A stretch of 64,000 nucleotides of DNA from a virus. This document shows, in pieces, positions 1-9,050 of the stretch. How positions within the stretch are numbered: position 1 is the stretch's first letter; each line of letters opens with the position of its first letter. Under the pieces are notes generated by a model. The model saw only the letters and a list, made by a program, of their open reading frames with translations. It had not been told where the DNA came from and searched no databases. Where the stretch lies: IMG/VR virus record IMGVR_UViG_3300024346_009227, positions 1-64,000 of that record. One strand, given 5' to 3'. A program made the translations under genes and the position numbers.

Positions 1-47
1 ACCATAAAGCTTTATTCTGTTTTTAAAAATAAAACATATTGAAATTA

Positions 48-62
48 GGTGTAATTTCTTAT
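48..62 (+). promoter_or_regulatory. Candidate phage promoter motif GGTGTAATTTCTTAT
   Basis: Intergenic, about 25 nt upstream of ATG 88; related motif recurs upstream of other genes. Confidence 0.45.
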
Positions 63-87
63 GTAAATTAATTATAGAGACATTAAT

Positions 88-987
88 ATGAAAAAGAAAG
101 TTTTATTGATAGGTTCATCTGGATATATAGGGTCAAGATTTTATTACGAGTGTTTTAAAAAATATAATATTTCAAATGTTGATATAAACTTAAGTCATGA
201 TAAAAAAATTACAATAAAAGAAGATTTTGTAAATTTATCAACTAATTTTATAAATAAACACGACATAATAATTCTTCTTGCTGGACATAGTAGTGTAGGT
301 ATGAGTTGTGGAAAAATAATTCCTGTTATAGAAAATAACTTTATTAATTTTATAAAGCTTTCAGAAAAAATAAATACAAATAAAAAATTTATTTATGCAA
401 GTAGTTCATCTGTATATGGAATGTCTAAAGAAGCTTTAGCAAAAGAAGATAAAAAATTAGATGTTGCAATTAACAATTATGATTACAGCAAACAATTAAT
501 TGACAGTTATTCTTCTTTCATAAAATGCAATTGGGTTTCTTTAAGATTTGGAACACTTAGTGGTTGGTCACCAAACTTTAGAAATGATATTATGATTAAT
601 TGTATGTACTCAAATTATTTAATAAATAAAAAAATATCTATTTCAAATCCTGATATAAATAGACCAATATTAGGAATAAGTGATTTGTGTAGATCTTTTG
701 ATTTTATTATTGAAAATAAAAATAACAATGGGATTTATAATTTATGCTCATTTAATTCTACACCAAGAAAACTATCTGAAAAAATGTGCAAAATTTTAAA
801 GTGCCCAGTAGATATAAGTAAAAAGAAATCTTTTAGTTACGACTTTAAAGTTTCTAATAAAAAATTTAAAAATGATTTTTGTTTTGAATTTAAAGATACA
901 ATAGAATCAATTATATTAGAAATACAAGAAAACTACAAAAACATAAAAAACATTGAGTCTAGAAGGGAGTATTTTGATTATGTTTAA
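88..987 (+). CDS. NAD-dependent epimerase/dehydratase (extended SDR)
   Basis: GSSGYIG Rossmann motif, ASSSSVYG, YDYSK (YxxxK), LRFGT. Confidence 0.9.
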   Translation: MKKKVLLIGSSGYIGSRFYYECFKKYNISNVDINLSHDKKITIKEDFVNLSTNFINKHDIIILLAGHSSVGMSCGKIIPVIENNFINFIKLSEKINTNKKFIYASSSSVYGMSKEALAKEDKKLDVAINNYDYSKQLIDSYSSFIKCNWVSLRFGTLSGWSPNFRNDIMINCMYSNYLINKKISISNPDINRPILGISDLCRSFDFIIENKNNNGIYNLCSFNSTPRKLSEKMCKILKCPVDISKKKSFSYDFKVSNKKFKNDFCFEFKDTIESIILEIQENYKNIKNIESRREYFDYV

Positions 988-2188
988 AAAAATTAGAATT
1001 TGCAGGTGCTGTAAAAATAAAAATCTTATAAAAATATTAGACCTTGGTATGCATCCTTTAGCAAATTCATATGTTTCTAAACCTCAAAAAACAAAAAAGT
1101 TTCCATTGATATTAATGCTATGCAATAAATGTTTTCATTTACAGATAAGTGTTTCTGTTAATCCAAATTTGTTATTTAAAAACTATCTTTATGTAAGTGG
1201 AACAACAAAAACATTAAATGATTACTTTGAATATTTTGCTAAATTTTCTATTGATAGATTTAAAAAAATAAATAAAAAAAATCCATTGAATGTGTTAGAT
1301 ATAGCTTGTAATGATGGAAGTCAGTTAGATAAATTTAAAAATAAAAAAATTAATACTTTTGGTATAGATCCGGCTGAAAATTTGTATGTTTTATCTTCTA
1401 AAAAACACAATGTTTTTTGTGGATATATTGAAAACTATAACCCTAAAAAAAAATTCGACATTATCGTTGCACAAAATGTATTTGCTCATGTTGATAATCT
1501 TGATGTTTTTTTGTCAAAAGTAAAACAATCTATGAGCAAAGAAAGCGTTTTTTATATTCAAACATCTCAAGCAAATATGTTGTTAAACAATGAATTTGAC
1601 ACTATTTATCATGAGCATTTGTCGTTTTTTAATTCTTTATCTATGAAGAAAGTATTAAAAAAACACAACTTATTTTTAAATAATGTTTTTAAAACTTCTG
1701 TTCATGGAACATCTTATGTGTTTGAAATAAGCATGTCTAATAAAATTGGAAATATATCTGATGTATTAGTGCAAGAACTTGAAAGTGGGCTTTTTGATGT
1801 TGATTTTTATATTAAGTATTCAAAAAAATGTTTATTGTGTGTGCAAAGTTTAAAGAAAAAAATTGATGCTTATAAGAAAAAAAAATATAAAATTATAGGT
1901 TATGGGGCAGCAGCAAAAGGAAATACACTTTTAAATTTTTCAAATATAAGTTTGGATTATATTGTTGATGATAATCCTTTAAAACAAGGAATGTATACTC
2001 CAGGAATGAATATTCCTATTGTGTCAATTGAAAAACTAAATGAATTTTCTAAAAAAGATAAGATTTGTTTTGTTCCTCTTGCTTGGAATTTTTACGAAGA
2101 AATAAAAAACAGAATTAGAAAATTTAGAAATTTTAAATCTGACAAAATAATTAAATACTTTCCGTTTTATAGTGAAGAAATATTGTGA
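980..2188 (+). CDS. NDP-hexose C-methyltransferase (C3-methyltransferase type)
   Basis: N-terminal CRCC and CNKC Zn site, LDIACNDG SAM motif, YHEH, GYGAAAKGNTLL; ATG 980 follows AGGGAG. Confidence 0.88.
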   Translation: MFKKIRICRCCKNKNLIKILDLGMHPLANSYVSKPQKTKKFPLILMLCNKCFHLQISVSVNPNLLFKNYLYVSGTTKTLNDYFEYFAKFSIDRFKKINKKNPLNVLDIACNDGSQLDKFKNKKINTFGIDPAENLYVLSSKKHNVFCGYIENYNPKKKFDIIVAQNVFAHVDNLDVFLSKVKQSMSKESVFYIQTSQANMLLNNEFDTIYHEHLSFFNSLSMKKVLKKHNLFLNNVFKTSVHGTSYVFEISMSNKIGNISDVLVQELESGLFDVDFYIKYSKKCLLCVQSLKKKIDAYKKKKYKIIGYGAAAKGNTLLNFSNISLDYIVDDNPLKQGMYTPGMNIPIVSIEKLNEFSKKDKICFVPLAWNFYEEIKNRIRKFRNFKSDKIIKYFPFYSEEIL

Positions 2189-2994
2189 AAAAAACAATAA
2201 TTTCTCATTTTTATAATGAAGAGTACTTACTGCCTTGGTGGTTAAGCCATCATAAAAAACATTTTGATTATGGAATAATGATTGATTACAATTCAACGGA
2301 TAAATCTAAAGAAATAATTGAAGAAATTTGTCCTCATTGGAAAATTGTAAAAACAAAAAATGAATATTTTGATAGTGATATTATAGATAGAGAAGTTGAA
2401 GAATACGAAAAAAAAATTGATGGTTGGAGAATATGTTTAAATACTACAGAGTTTTTAGTTGGAGATTATTCTGTATTAGATAAATCTTTAAAAAAACAAT
2501 TGTATTTAGGAAATTTAGTTTTTGTTGAAGATAAAATTACTAGTTTAAATAAAAACATTCCAATTTTTTATCAAGTTTCAAATGCTTATAATCAAGTAAA
2601 TGATGCATCTGGAATTTTACATACTGGCAGTAGATCATTTAGATCAATTCACAATTATCCTATAAAATATTCTAATAATGGTGGAAGACATTTTTCTGGT
2701 CCAATATCAACAAATGATTTAAGAATTTTTTATTATGGTTATTTAATTAGCATAGAAGAAATAATATTAAGAAAATTACAAATACAAAGTAAAATTTCTG
2801 ATATAGAATACAATAGGTATAAACATTTAAACCACCCAAATATTACTAATAGAGAAGATTTTTTAAATAAAATAAAAAGATATCAATTACCAAATTGTAT
2901 AGACATGAGTAACGAAATTAATAGGCTAGTTGAATTAGATAATTTAAAGGAAAATTATTGTGAAAAAAACTTTGATCTCACATTTTTACAATGA
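2185..2994 (+). CDS. GT-A glycosyltransferase (GT2-like), paralog 1
   Basis: YNEEYLLPWWLSHH, IDYNSTD, GGRH; GTG start overlaps the upstream stop. Confidence 0.75.
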   Translation: MKKTIISHFYNEEYLLPWWLSHHKKHFDYGIMIDYNSTDKSKEIIEEICPHWKIVKTKNEYFDSDIIDREVEEYEKKIDGWRICLNTTEFLVGDYSVLDKSLKKQLYLGNLVFVEDKITSLNKNIPIFYQVSNAYNQVNDASGILHTGSRSFRSIHNYPIKYSNNGGRHFSGPISTNDLRIFYYGYLISIEEIILRKLQIQSKISDIEYNRYKHLNHPNITNREDFLNKIKRYQLPNCIDMSNEINRLVELDNLKENYCEKNFDLTFLQ

Positions 2995-3742
2995 AGAATA
3001 TTTGTTACCTTGGTGGTTAAAACACCATAAAAAATATTTTGATTATGGAATAATGATTGATTATCATTCAACAGACAATTCTAAAAAAATAATTGAAGAA
3101 ATTTGTCCTCATTGGACAATTGTTACTTCAAATAACAAAGATTTTGATGCCCCAAAAGTAGATTGGGAAGTTATGGAAATAGAATCTTTAATTTCTGGAT
3201 ATAAAATTGTTTTAAATACTACAGAATTTTTAATTTCTACAAAAGAAGATTGGGAAAAAGATTTTTTATTTGAAAAATACGACCAAATTTTAATTCCTTC
3301 TAGCGTAATGGTAGACGATGATTTGAATCAAAATGAATTAGACTACAATATACCTTTGCACAAACAAAAAAATAAAGGTATGGATATACACATTAAACCT
3401 AAATTTTATTCATTAAGAAATTCAAGATCTATGCATAAAGTAAAAGTAAATTATTCTGCTGGAAGACATTTTTATTCATATAATACACAAGAAGATCTTA
3501 TTAAAACATTTGATGACGGAACAACATCAACTATTTTCAATATTTTATGGTTTGGTTTTTCTCCATACAATGAAAAACTTTTAAAAAGAAGATTGCAAAT
3601 CCAGAATGTAGCACCTAGAAGCCCTTCTTTTGGAGGACATCATTTTACAGATAAAGAAGGTTTAGATATTCAATACGCTAATCTTTTGCCAAATTCTAGC
3701 GAAATTAATTTTTTAAAAAAACAAAATATTTTAAGTTATTAA
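2960..3742 (+). CDS. GT-A glycosyltransferase (GT2-like), paralog 2
   Basis: N-terminal ~55 aa nearly identical to 2185..2994; IDYHSTD, AGRH. Confidence 0.75.
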   Translation: MKKTLISHFYNEEYLLPWWLKHHKKYFDYGIMIDYHSTDNSKKIIEEICPHWTIVTSNNKDFDAPKVDWEVMEIESLISGYKIVLNTTEFLISTKEDWEKDFLFEKYDQILIPSSVMVDDDLNQNELDYNIPLHKQKNKGMDIHIKPKFYSLRNSRSMHKVKVNYSAGRHFYSYNTQEDLIKTFDDGTTSTIFNILWFGFSPYNEKLLKRRLQIQNVAPRSPSFGGHHFTDKEGLDIQYANLLPNSSEINFLKKQNILSY

Positions 3743-4326
3743 TTGTGAGTGCCTATTAACTTATCAGAATAAACAATAAGAAAATTATTTTCCAAACAAT
3801 ATTTTTCAATATCTTTTATTGCAAAAAAATCAGCATCATACGACATTCTCCATTCTATTTTTTTAGCAATATCAGTTTTAACCATAACATTTAATGTGTC
3901 TATGTTTCCACCAGTAATATTTTGATATGTTGGTATAATTCCGCAAGCATTGTGCTTTATTTTGTGTACTAACATTCCATATTGATCATTAATCAATTCA
4001 TTATTTGAAAATGACAAATAATCTTTTTCAATAGTGTTATCGTCATCTAACCATATTGTGTAGTCACCTGTGCATTTTGAAATCATAGCGTTTCTTTGAG
4101 CATGACCCCAATTTTTAAATTCTTTTTTTTCTATAAAATTGTAAATAAAACGATTGTCGTTCATGTTTAATACACATTGTTTATCTTCTTCGCTATATCC
4201 ATCTGAACAAATTATAACTTCATAATTTTCATAGTCTTGATCCTTAACGCTGTTCATTGCACGATTAAGTAATTCTGTTCTTTTATATGTTGGGATTATT
4301 ATTGAAAATTTTTTGTTTTGATGCAT
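3739..4326 (-). CDS. Glycosyltransferase family 2
   Basis: SIIIPTYKR, SDG, RNA, LDDDN (DxD). Confidence 0.88.
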   Translation of the reverse strand: MHQNKKFSIIIPTYKRTELLNRAMNSVKDQDYENYEVIICSDGYSEEDKQCVLNMNDNRFIYNFIEKKEFKNWGHAQRNAMISKCTGDYTIWLDDDNTIEKDYLSFSNNELINDQYGMLVHKIKHNACGIIPTYQNITGGNIDTLNVMVKTDIAKKIEWRMSYDADFFAIKDIEKYCLENNFLIVYSDKLIGTHN

Positions 4327-4366
4327 TTTAAAACCCTTTGATTATTGTTTTAAATATAAAATTGTC

Positions 4367-4383
4367 ATATAATATATAACACC
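4367..4383 (-). promoter_or_regulatory. Candidate phage promoter motif GGTGTTATATATTAT
   Basis: Minus-strand motif copy about 40 nt upstream of the minus-strand GT2 start at 4326. Confidence 0.45.
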
Positions 4384-4405
4384 ATTTTATTTTTACGAGA
4401 TAATT

Positions 4406-4687
4406 ATGAAATATCTTTATGAAGTATGGTTAAAAACAAATAATAAAAAAAATAAATATAAAGCATCTATTAGCAAGGAAGGTGGTTCATGTATACCTTT
4501 ATGTGCATCATCAGATGAAGAAGCGATTTACATTTTACAAAAAGCATTTTTGTGTTTTGATTCAAGACCAATAAAAAACAAAAAGAAAATAGGTAATTAC
4601 AGATTGAAAGATGGTTGTTCAAAGTATATATTTGTTTTGTGTAGTGAGAATTTAGAAAGCTATATACAAGCTTATGATCATAAGTAA
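4406..4687 (+). CDS. Hypothetical protein
   Basis: 93-aa ORF with GAGA upstream; no recognisable motif. Confidence 0.55.
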   Translation: MKYLYEVWLKTNNKKNKYKASISKEGGSCIPLCASSDEEAIYILQKAFLCFDSRPIKNKKKIGNYRLKDGCSKYIFVLCSENLESYIQAYDHK

Positions 4688-4975
4688 CTGCGTTATCAAA
4701 TTCAATAACGGTTCTTTCGCAGTTCTTTCCCCGAAGTAATCATAACACCAGGGTATGGACCCAAAGACTGCCATAGAGTAGCCAAACTCTTAACAGGTGG
4801 CACGAAAAGTTTAATTAAGAATCAACACTAAGATTGGAGTGACCCCTTCTCCACTTAGACCTGATAGAGCAAAAGCAAAAAATTCTTAATTAATGTCTTG
4901 TTTGGTAGAGTTTATAGCACACCGAAGGCAAACAAAAGAACTCTGATGCTATGCTATCAGGGTAAAGAAGGGGTA
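4686..4975 (-). ncRNA. Candidate structured non-coding RNA of unknown family
   Basis: GC-richer intergenic block with many complementary segments (4842-4850/4966-4974, 4860-4867/4954-4961, 4811-4822/4882-4893); G-U extensions favour the minus strand. Confidence 0.45.
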
Positions 4976-4981
4976 TTTGAA

Positions 4982-5335
4982 ATGAGATTTAAAGCAGATA
5001 TAACACTTAAAAAGTGGGGCAGCGAAGAAACAATAGCAAACGAATCTTTTAGAGACACATGTTTGAAAATATTAAAAATGGACATACTGAAACAAACAAG
5101 CTGGCATTACCATGCCCAAAAAGAGTCTTATTTTTACATATTCTCTGGAGAGGTGTCCATACACATATCTGATGGAGATAACTTAAATTTAGCCCATATA
5201 GAGCTTTTAAAACAAGGCGATTGTATTTTTGTAAAAGCAAATCAAAGACACATGATAACAGCGATGAAAGAGAGTGTATTACTTGAGTCATCCAGCTTTG
5301 ATGATCCACTAGACAAAACTATAGTTCCTCACTAG
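4982..5335 (+). CDS. Cupin-domain protein (sugar-isomerase-like)
   Basis: KKWGSEE, TSWHYH-x-x-KE-x-FY-x-x-SG, QRHMI cupin motifs; ATG 4982 after AGAAGGGG. Confidence 0.8.
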   Translation: MRFKADITLKKWGSEETIANESFRDTCLKILKMDILKQTSWHYHAQKESYFYIFSGEVSIHISDGDNLNLAHIELLKQGDCIFVKANQRHMITAMKESVLLESSSFDDPLDKTIVPH

Positions 5336-5597
5336 CTATGTCGCAAAATATTTGAACTACGCTTTTTTCTATAAAACCAAATGAATTTAGATGCCCAACA
5401 TCTTTTCCAACTATTAAGGTTATTTCCATAAATTCAGATTCAGATATATATCCAGTCGAATAAGCTTTTCTTATTATTTCTTTAAACAAAATAAATTGAG
5501 AATTAGTAAAATCTATGGTTTTTAAATTGAGAAAATCAATTTTGCCTTTAAAATAAGCCTTGAGTGTTTGTTGGCTTTCCTTTATTCTATTTTTCAT
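5319..5597 (-). CDS. Hypothetical protein
   Basis: 92-aa ORF fills the gap, GAGG RBS upstream on the minus strand. Confidence 0.6.
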   Translation of the reverse strand: MKNRIKESQQTLKAYFKGKIDFLNLKTIDFTNSQFILFKEIIRKAYSTGYISESEFMEITLIVGKDVGHLNSFGFIEKSVVQIFCDIASEEL

Positions 5598-5622
5598 ACT
5601 AACCTCTTATATCGAGAACATT

Positions 5623-6114
5623 ATGGCAAAGAAAAACGAACCAGAGATAAATGTAAAGTTATTAATAAAGAGAAATCTCTTAGATGTAGTAGAAATAGAG
5701 AAGGCATCATGTTACACAAATGATCCAGACTTTGGCAAAATTCAAAATGATTCTGCTTGGTCCTCATCTTCTTTTACAAGTTTTGTAAGAAAAAAGAATA
5801 CATTCTCTTATGTTATTTATGAAAATTCTAAAATAGTTGGCTTTATTTTGATTGAAAATGCAATTAATGAAACAATAATAGAAAAATTAGTTGTGCATCC
5901 AAAGAATAGAAGAAATGGATATGGAACTAAAATGATTGAATTTTTAATTCAAAAATCATTTAAACCAATAATTTCTGCTTATTGCAGAGAAGATGACAAT
6001 GATAGTATCAAATTCTACAGCAGCAAAAAATTTAAATCAAAATTACAAAAAAAATATTTTATTAATGATATAGATGCTGTAAAATTTACTATGGAGATTG
6101 ACGATGAAAAATAA
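5623..6114 (+). CDS. GNAT N-acetyltransferase, RimI-like
   Basis: LVVHPKNRRNGYG acetyl-CoA motif, SIKFYSSKKF; likely start MAKK. Confidence 0.85.
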   Translation: MAKKNEPEINVKLLIKRNLLDVVEIEKASCYTNDPDFGKIQNDSAWSSSSFTSFVRKKNTFSYVIYENSKIVGFILIENAINETIIEKLVVHPKNRRNGYGTKMIEFLIQKSFKPIISAYCREDDNDSIKFYSSKKFKSKLQKKYFINDIDAVKFTMEIDDEK

Positions 6115-6274
6115 AGTTTTAGTAGACTGTTTGGGGTGGTGCAATAAAAAATTTTTAAGTCATAATCCATCAACAAACAGAATATGCAAAAAGTGCAAAG
6201 AAAAAATGAACAACAAGAAAAATGAAATGGGCAAAAATTACTTTTACGAAAAAAAAATAGAGATAAATGAATAA
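6104..6274 (+). CDS. Small Cys4 zinc-finger-like protein (56 aa, not in ORF track)
   Basis: MKNKVLVDCLGWC...RICKKC; overlaps both neighbours and fills the gap exactly. Confidence 0.65.
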   Translation: MKNKVLVDCLGWCNKKFLSHNPSTNRICKKCKEKMNNKKNEMGKNYFYEKKIEINE

Positions 6275-7307
6275 ACCAAAAGTTGCACTTATAACGCCAT
6301 CATTGGGTATGGGTGGTGCAGAAAGATGGATTGTAACTCTAGCAAAATTCTTTAATGAAGTTGATCCTTATTTAATTTTAAATCTAAGTGGCCAAAGCGA
6401 TTCAATTTTATTAAATGAAATACCAAGCACAACAAGAATTATATCTAATTTTTATTCAAGACCAGAAAAAATTATAGATGCTTTAAGTGATGCTGATGTA
6501 GTTATATCTTGGTGTTTTAATTTAAATTTAATCTTAAAAGATAAGTTAAAATGTCCAACAATAGATGTTTCTCACAGTGATCCACAATGGAAAGATCATA
6601 AATCTTTAATTGATCACACATCAAAAAATTCAAAATATCATGTTGGAGTAAGCAAGATTGCTGCTTCATCATATAAAAAAAATAATTCAGATGTAATATA
6701 TAACGGAATAGATACAAAAAGACTTAAAAAATCAAAAGGTAGAATTGAACAAAGAAAAGAATGGGGTTGTGAAAATAACAAAGTGGTTATTTTTTTAAGC
6801 AGATTATCAGAAGAAAAAAATCCAAAAATATTATTAGAATGTTCAGAATTATTTGATGAAAGCTGGAAATTTTTATTTGTTGATATTGGTTCATTAAAAC
6901 AACATTTTAGTTCAATAAAAAAATCTAACATTAAGATTATAAAAAAAACAAAAGATATTGGTGATTATTATTCTGGTGCAGATGTAGTGGTTCTTCCTTC
7001 AGATATAGAAGGAATGCCATTAGTTTTATTAGAATCTTGGTTTTGTGCAGTTCCTGTTGTAACAACAAGATATGCTTCTTATTTAGAATTAGAAGATATG
7101 CATGGAGAATTATGTTTATCGACACAAGTAAGACCAACAGCAATTGAATTTTCAAATAAAATACAACAAGCTTTTTATGAAGGAAGAAATTCTAAAAGAG
7201 TTGTTTTAGCCAAATCAGTCGTTGAAAATAATTACACACATGAAACAATGATTAAAAATTGGGAAAAGTATATTTTTTTAAAAATAAAAGAATTCCATGA
7301 TAGTTAA
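6267..7307 (+). CDS. Glycosyltransferase family 4 (GT-B)
   Basis: MGGAER, IYNGID, SRLSEEKN, EGMPLVLLE (Ex7E). Confidence 0.9.
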   Translation: MNKPKVALITPSLGMGGAERWIVTLAKFFNEVDPYLILNLSGQSDSILLNEIPSTTRIISNFYSRPEKIIDALSDADVVISWCFNLNLILKDKLKCPTIDVSHSDPQWKDHKSLIDHTSKNSKYHVGVSKIAASSYKKNNSDVIYNGIDTKRLKKSKGRIEQRKEWGCENNKVVIFLSRLSEEKNPKILLECSELFDESWKFLFVDIGSLKQHFSSIKKSNIKIIKKTKDIGDYYSGADVVVLPSDIEGMPLVLLESWFCAVPVVTTRYASYLELEDMHGELCLSTQVRPTAIEFSNKIQQAFYEGRNSKRVVLAKSVVENNYTHETMIKNWEKYIFLKIKEFHDS

Positions 7308-7908
7308 TCATATAAAAAAATGGGTATATATTGGACCTCCTAAAACTGGAAGCACAGCTATCTCGTATGTTTTAACAGATGGAAAATACAACACAAATGA
7401 ATTTATTCAAGATTCAAATGTTAATTTTAAAGGTATAGAAATAAATGGTCAACATACACCTTGGCCTCCTAATAAATTAGGCTCTAAATATGATGATTAC
7501 AATGTTTTTATAAGTGTAAGAAATCCTTTTTCTAGAATAGTTTCTCTTTACGATCATTGGAAATATGGGCAAAATTACGAAAACGAATTATTTTTTAAAG
7601 AAAAAACACTTGAAGAATTTATGCATCTTGTTTTAGATAAAAATCTTTCTAATGATGGTTTTTTTCATACTACAATAACAGATTGGGTTACTAGATATGA
7701 TTTTTTTATAAAACAAGAAAGTCTAGAAAATGATTTAAAGATGCTGAATATTCACTCTATCGATTTTAATGTTCCACTAATAAATGAAAAATTAGGATCG
7801 ACAAAACACTGGAAAGAAGAACATAATAAAAAAACAATTGAAATGACAATTGAATGGGCAGAAAAAGATTTTTATAATTTTGAATATAGTAAGGATATTA
7901 ATGTTTAA
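7297..7908 (+). CDS. Sulfotransferase family protein
   Basis: PPKTGSTAI 5'-PSB and VRNPFSRIVSLY 3'-PB motifs. Confidence 0.82.
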   Translation: MIVNHIKKWVYIGPPKTGSTAISYVLTDGKYNTNEFIQDSNVNFKGIEINGQHTPWPPNKLGSKYDDYNVFISVRNPFSRIVSLYDHWKYGQNYENELFFKEKTLEEFMHLVLDKNLSNDGFFHTTITDWVTRYDFFIKQESLENDLKMLNIHSIDFNVPLINEKLGSTKHWKEEHNKKTIEMTIEWAEKDFYNFEYSKDINV

Positions 7909-8617
7909 GTATTTTTTTGTTTTTTTAAAGTATGATCGTTCTGGCAAATGGTGGACTATTCGTTGTGAACACATTAAAGATAATCCATCATGTATAGGTT
8001 GTGGCACAAAAAAAGATGTTCAAGTTCACCACATTATACCAGTTGGAGTTGATGCATCTAAAGAATTATTAAGAAGCAACTTATGCACCCTTTGCAAGTA
8101 TTGTCACTTTGTTTTTGGGCATTTGCACAACTATAAAAATTACAATCCAGAAGTAATTAGGGATTGCCAAGAGCATTACAAAAGAGTAAAACAATTTAGA
8201 GTTAAGACTTTTCAAAGACCTATTTCTTTATGGAGGACTATTATGGCTAAGTTTTTTGGTTCTATTGCTTTGGTTTTCTTAGGTTATTCAATCTATGTTA
8301 GTCATATGTATGTAGTAGAAACTAATAAAAATTCAACAGTTAAGGAGCTTTTAGCTGCTGAAAATAGACTTTTAAAAGATGAAATTTATGCAGACAGAAG
8401 TAAACCAACTTATGAAAATGGTTATAGAGATGCTATTTTAAGGGCTGGTTCACCAACTGGTTCTGGTTCATATCGTGATGGTTGGGAAGCTTGTGCAAAA
8501 CTTTATGCAGATGGTTCATGGACAAGTGGCTACCATACAGCACTAGAACAATTTGGCTGGAAAAATGAATCAACAGCATTCAAAAATTCAAACCCACAAG
8601 CTGTTTCTATGAAATAA
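7901..8617 (+). CDS. HNH endonuclease domain in frame with a membrane-anchored protein (internal start at 8243)
   Basis: CIGC, VHHIIP, NLCTLCKYCH; then GGAGG-ATG 8243 followed by a hydrophobic segment. Confidence 0.7.
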   Translation: MFKYFFVFLKYDRSGKWWTIRCEHIKDNPSCIGCGTKKDVQVHHIIPVGVDASKELLRSNLCTLCKYCHFVFGHLHNYKNYNPEVIRDCQEHYKRVKQFRVKTFQRPISLWRTIMAKFFGSIALVFLGYSIYVSHMYVVETNKNSTVKELLAAENRLLKDEIYADRSKPTYENGYRDAILRAGSPTGSGSYRDGWEACAKLYADGSWTSGYHTALEQFGWKNESTAFKNSNPQAVSMK

Positions 8618-8640
8618 TCTTTAATGATTTACCCTCATAC

Positions 8641-8653
8641 TGTGTATTAGTAT
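8641..8653 (+). promoter_or_regulatory. Candidate phage promoter motif TGTGTATTAGTAT
   Basis: Variant of the recurrent motif, immediately upstream of 8652/8664. Confidence 0.35.
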
Positions 8654-9050
8654 GGGGGTAATCATGAAAAAGAAATCACACAACAATAAAACTTTTGGTG
8701 AAATTTCTGGAAAATATTGGGCTTCTTTAATCAAGAATGCAAAAAAAAGAAATATAAAAATAACGGCAACAATAGAAGATGCTTGGGAAATATTTTTAGA
8801 ACAAAACAGAAAATGTTTTTATACTGGTTTAAAAATAACCCACAAAAAATATTTAAAAAGAATTAATAATAAAGATATATATTCTTTGGGAACAGCATCG
8901 CTAGATAGAAAAAATAGCGATCTTGGATACACTAAAGAAAATATACAATGGGTCCATAAAGATGTCAACTATATGAAGATGAGTTTGAATGAAAGATATT
9001 TTGTGAAGCTTTGCAAACTTATAGCTAGGAGATTTTCAAAATGCCTTTAA
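8652..9050 (+). CDS. HNH-like (beta-beta-alpha-metal) endonuclease
   Basis: CFYTG, ASLDRKNSDLGYTKENIQWVHKDVNYMK. Confidence 0.75.
   Translation: MGVIMKKKSHNNKTFGEISGKYWASLIKNAKKRNIKITATIEDAWEIFLEQNRKCFYTGLKITHKKYLKRINNKDIYSLGTASLDRKNSDLGYTKENIQWVHKDVNYMKMSLNERYFVKLCKLIARRFSKCL

Noticed and set aside
4686-4975. tRNA, tmRNA or RNase P identity for the structured element
   Set aside because: No T-loop/acceptor-stem pattern or RNase P consensus seen on either strand.
4898-4981. TTG-initiated N-terminal extension of the cupin ORF
   Set aside because: ATG 4982 has a good RBS, cupin similarity starts there, and the extension lies inside the structured element.
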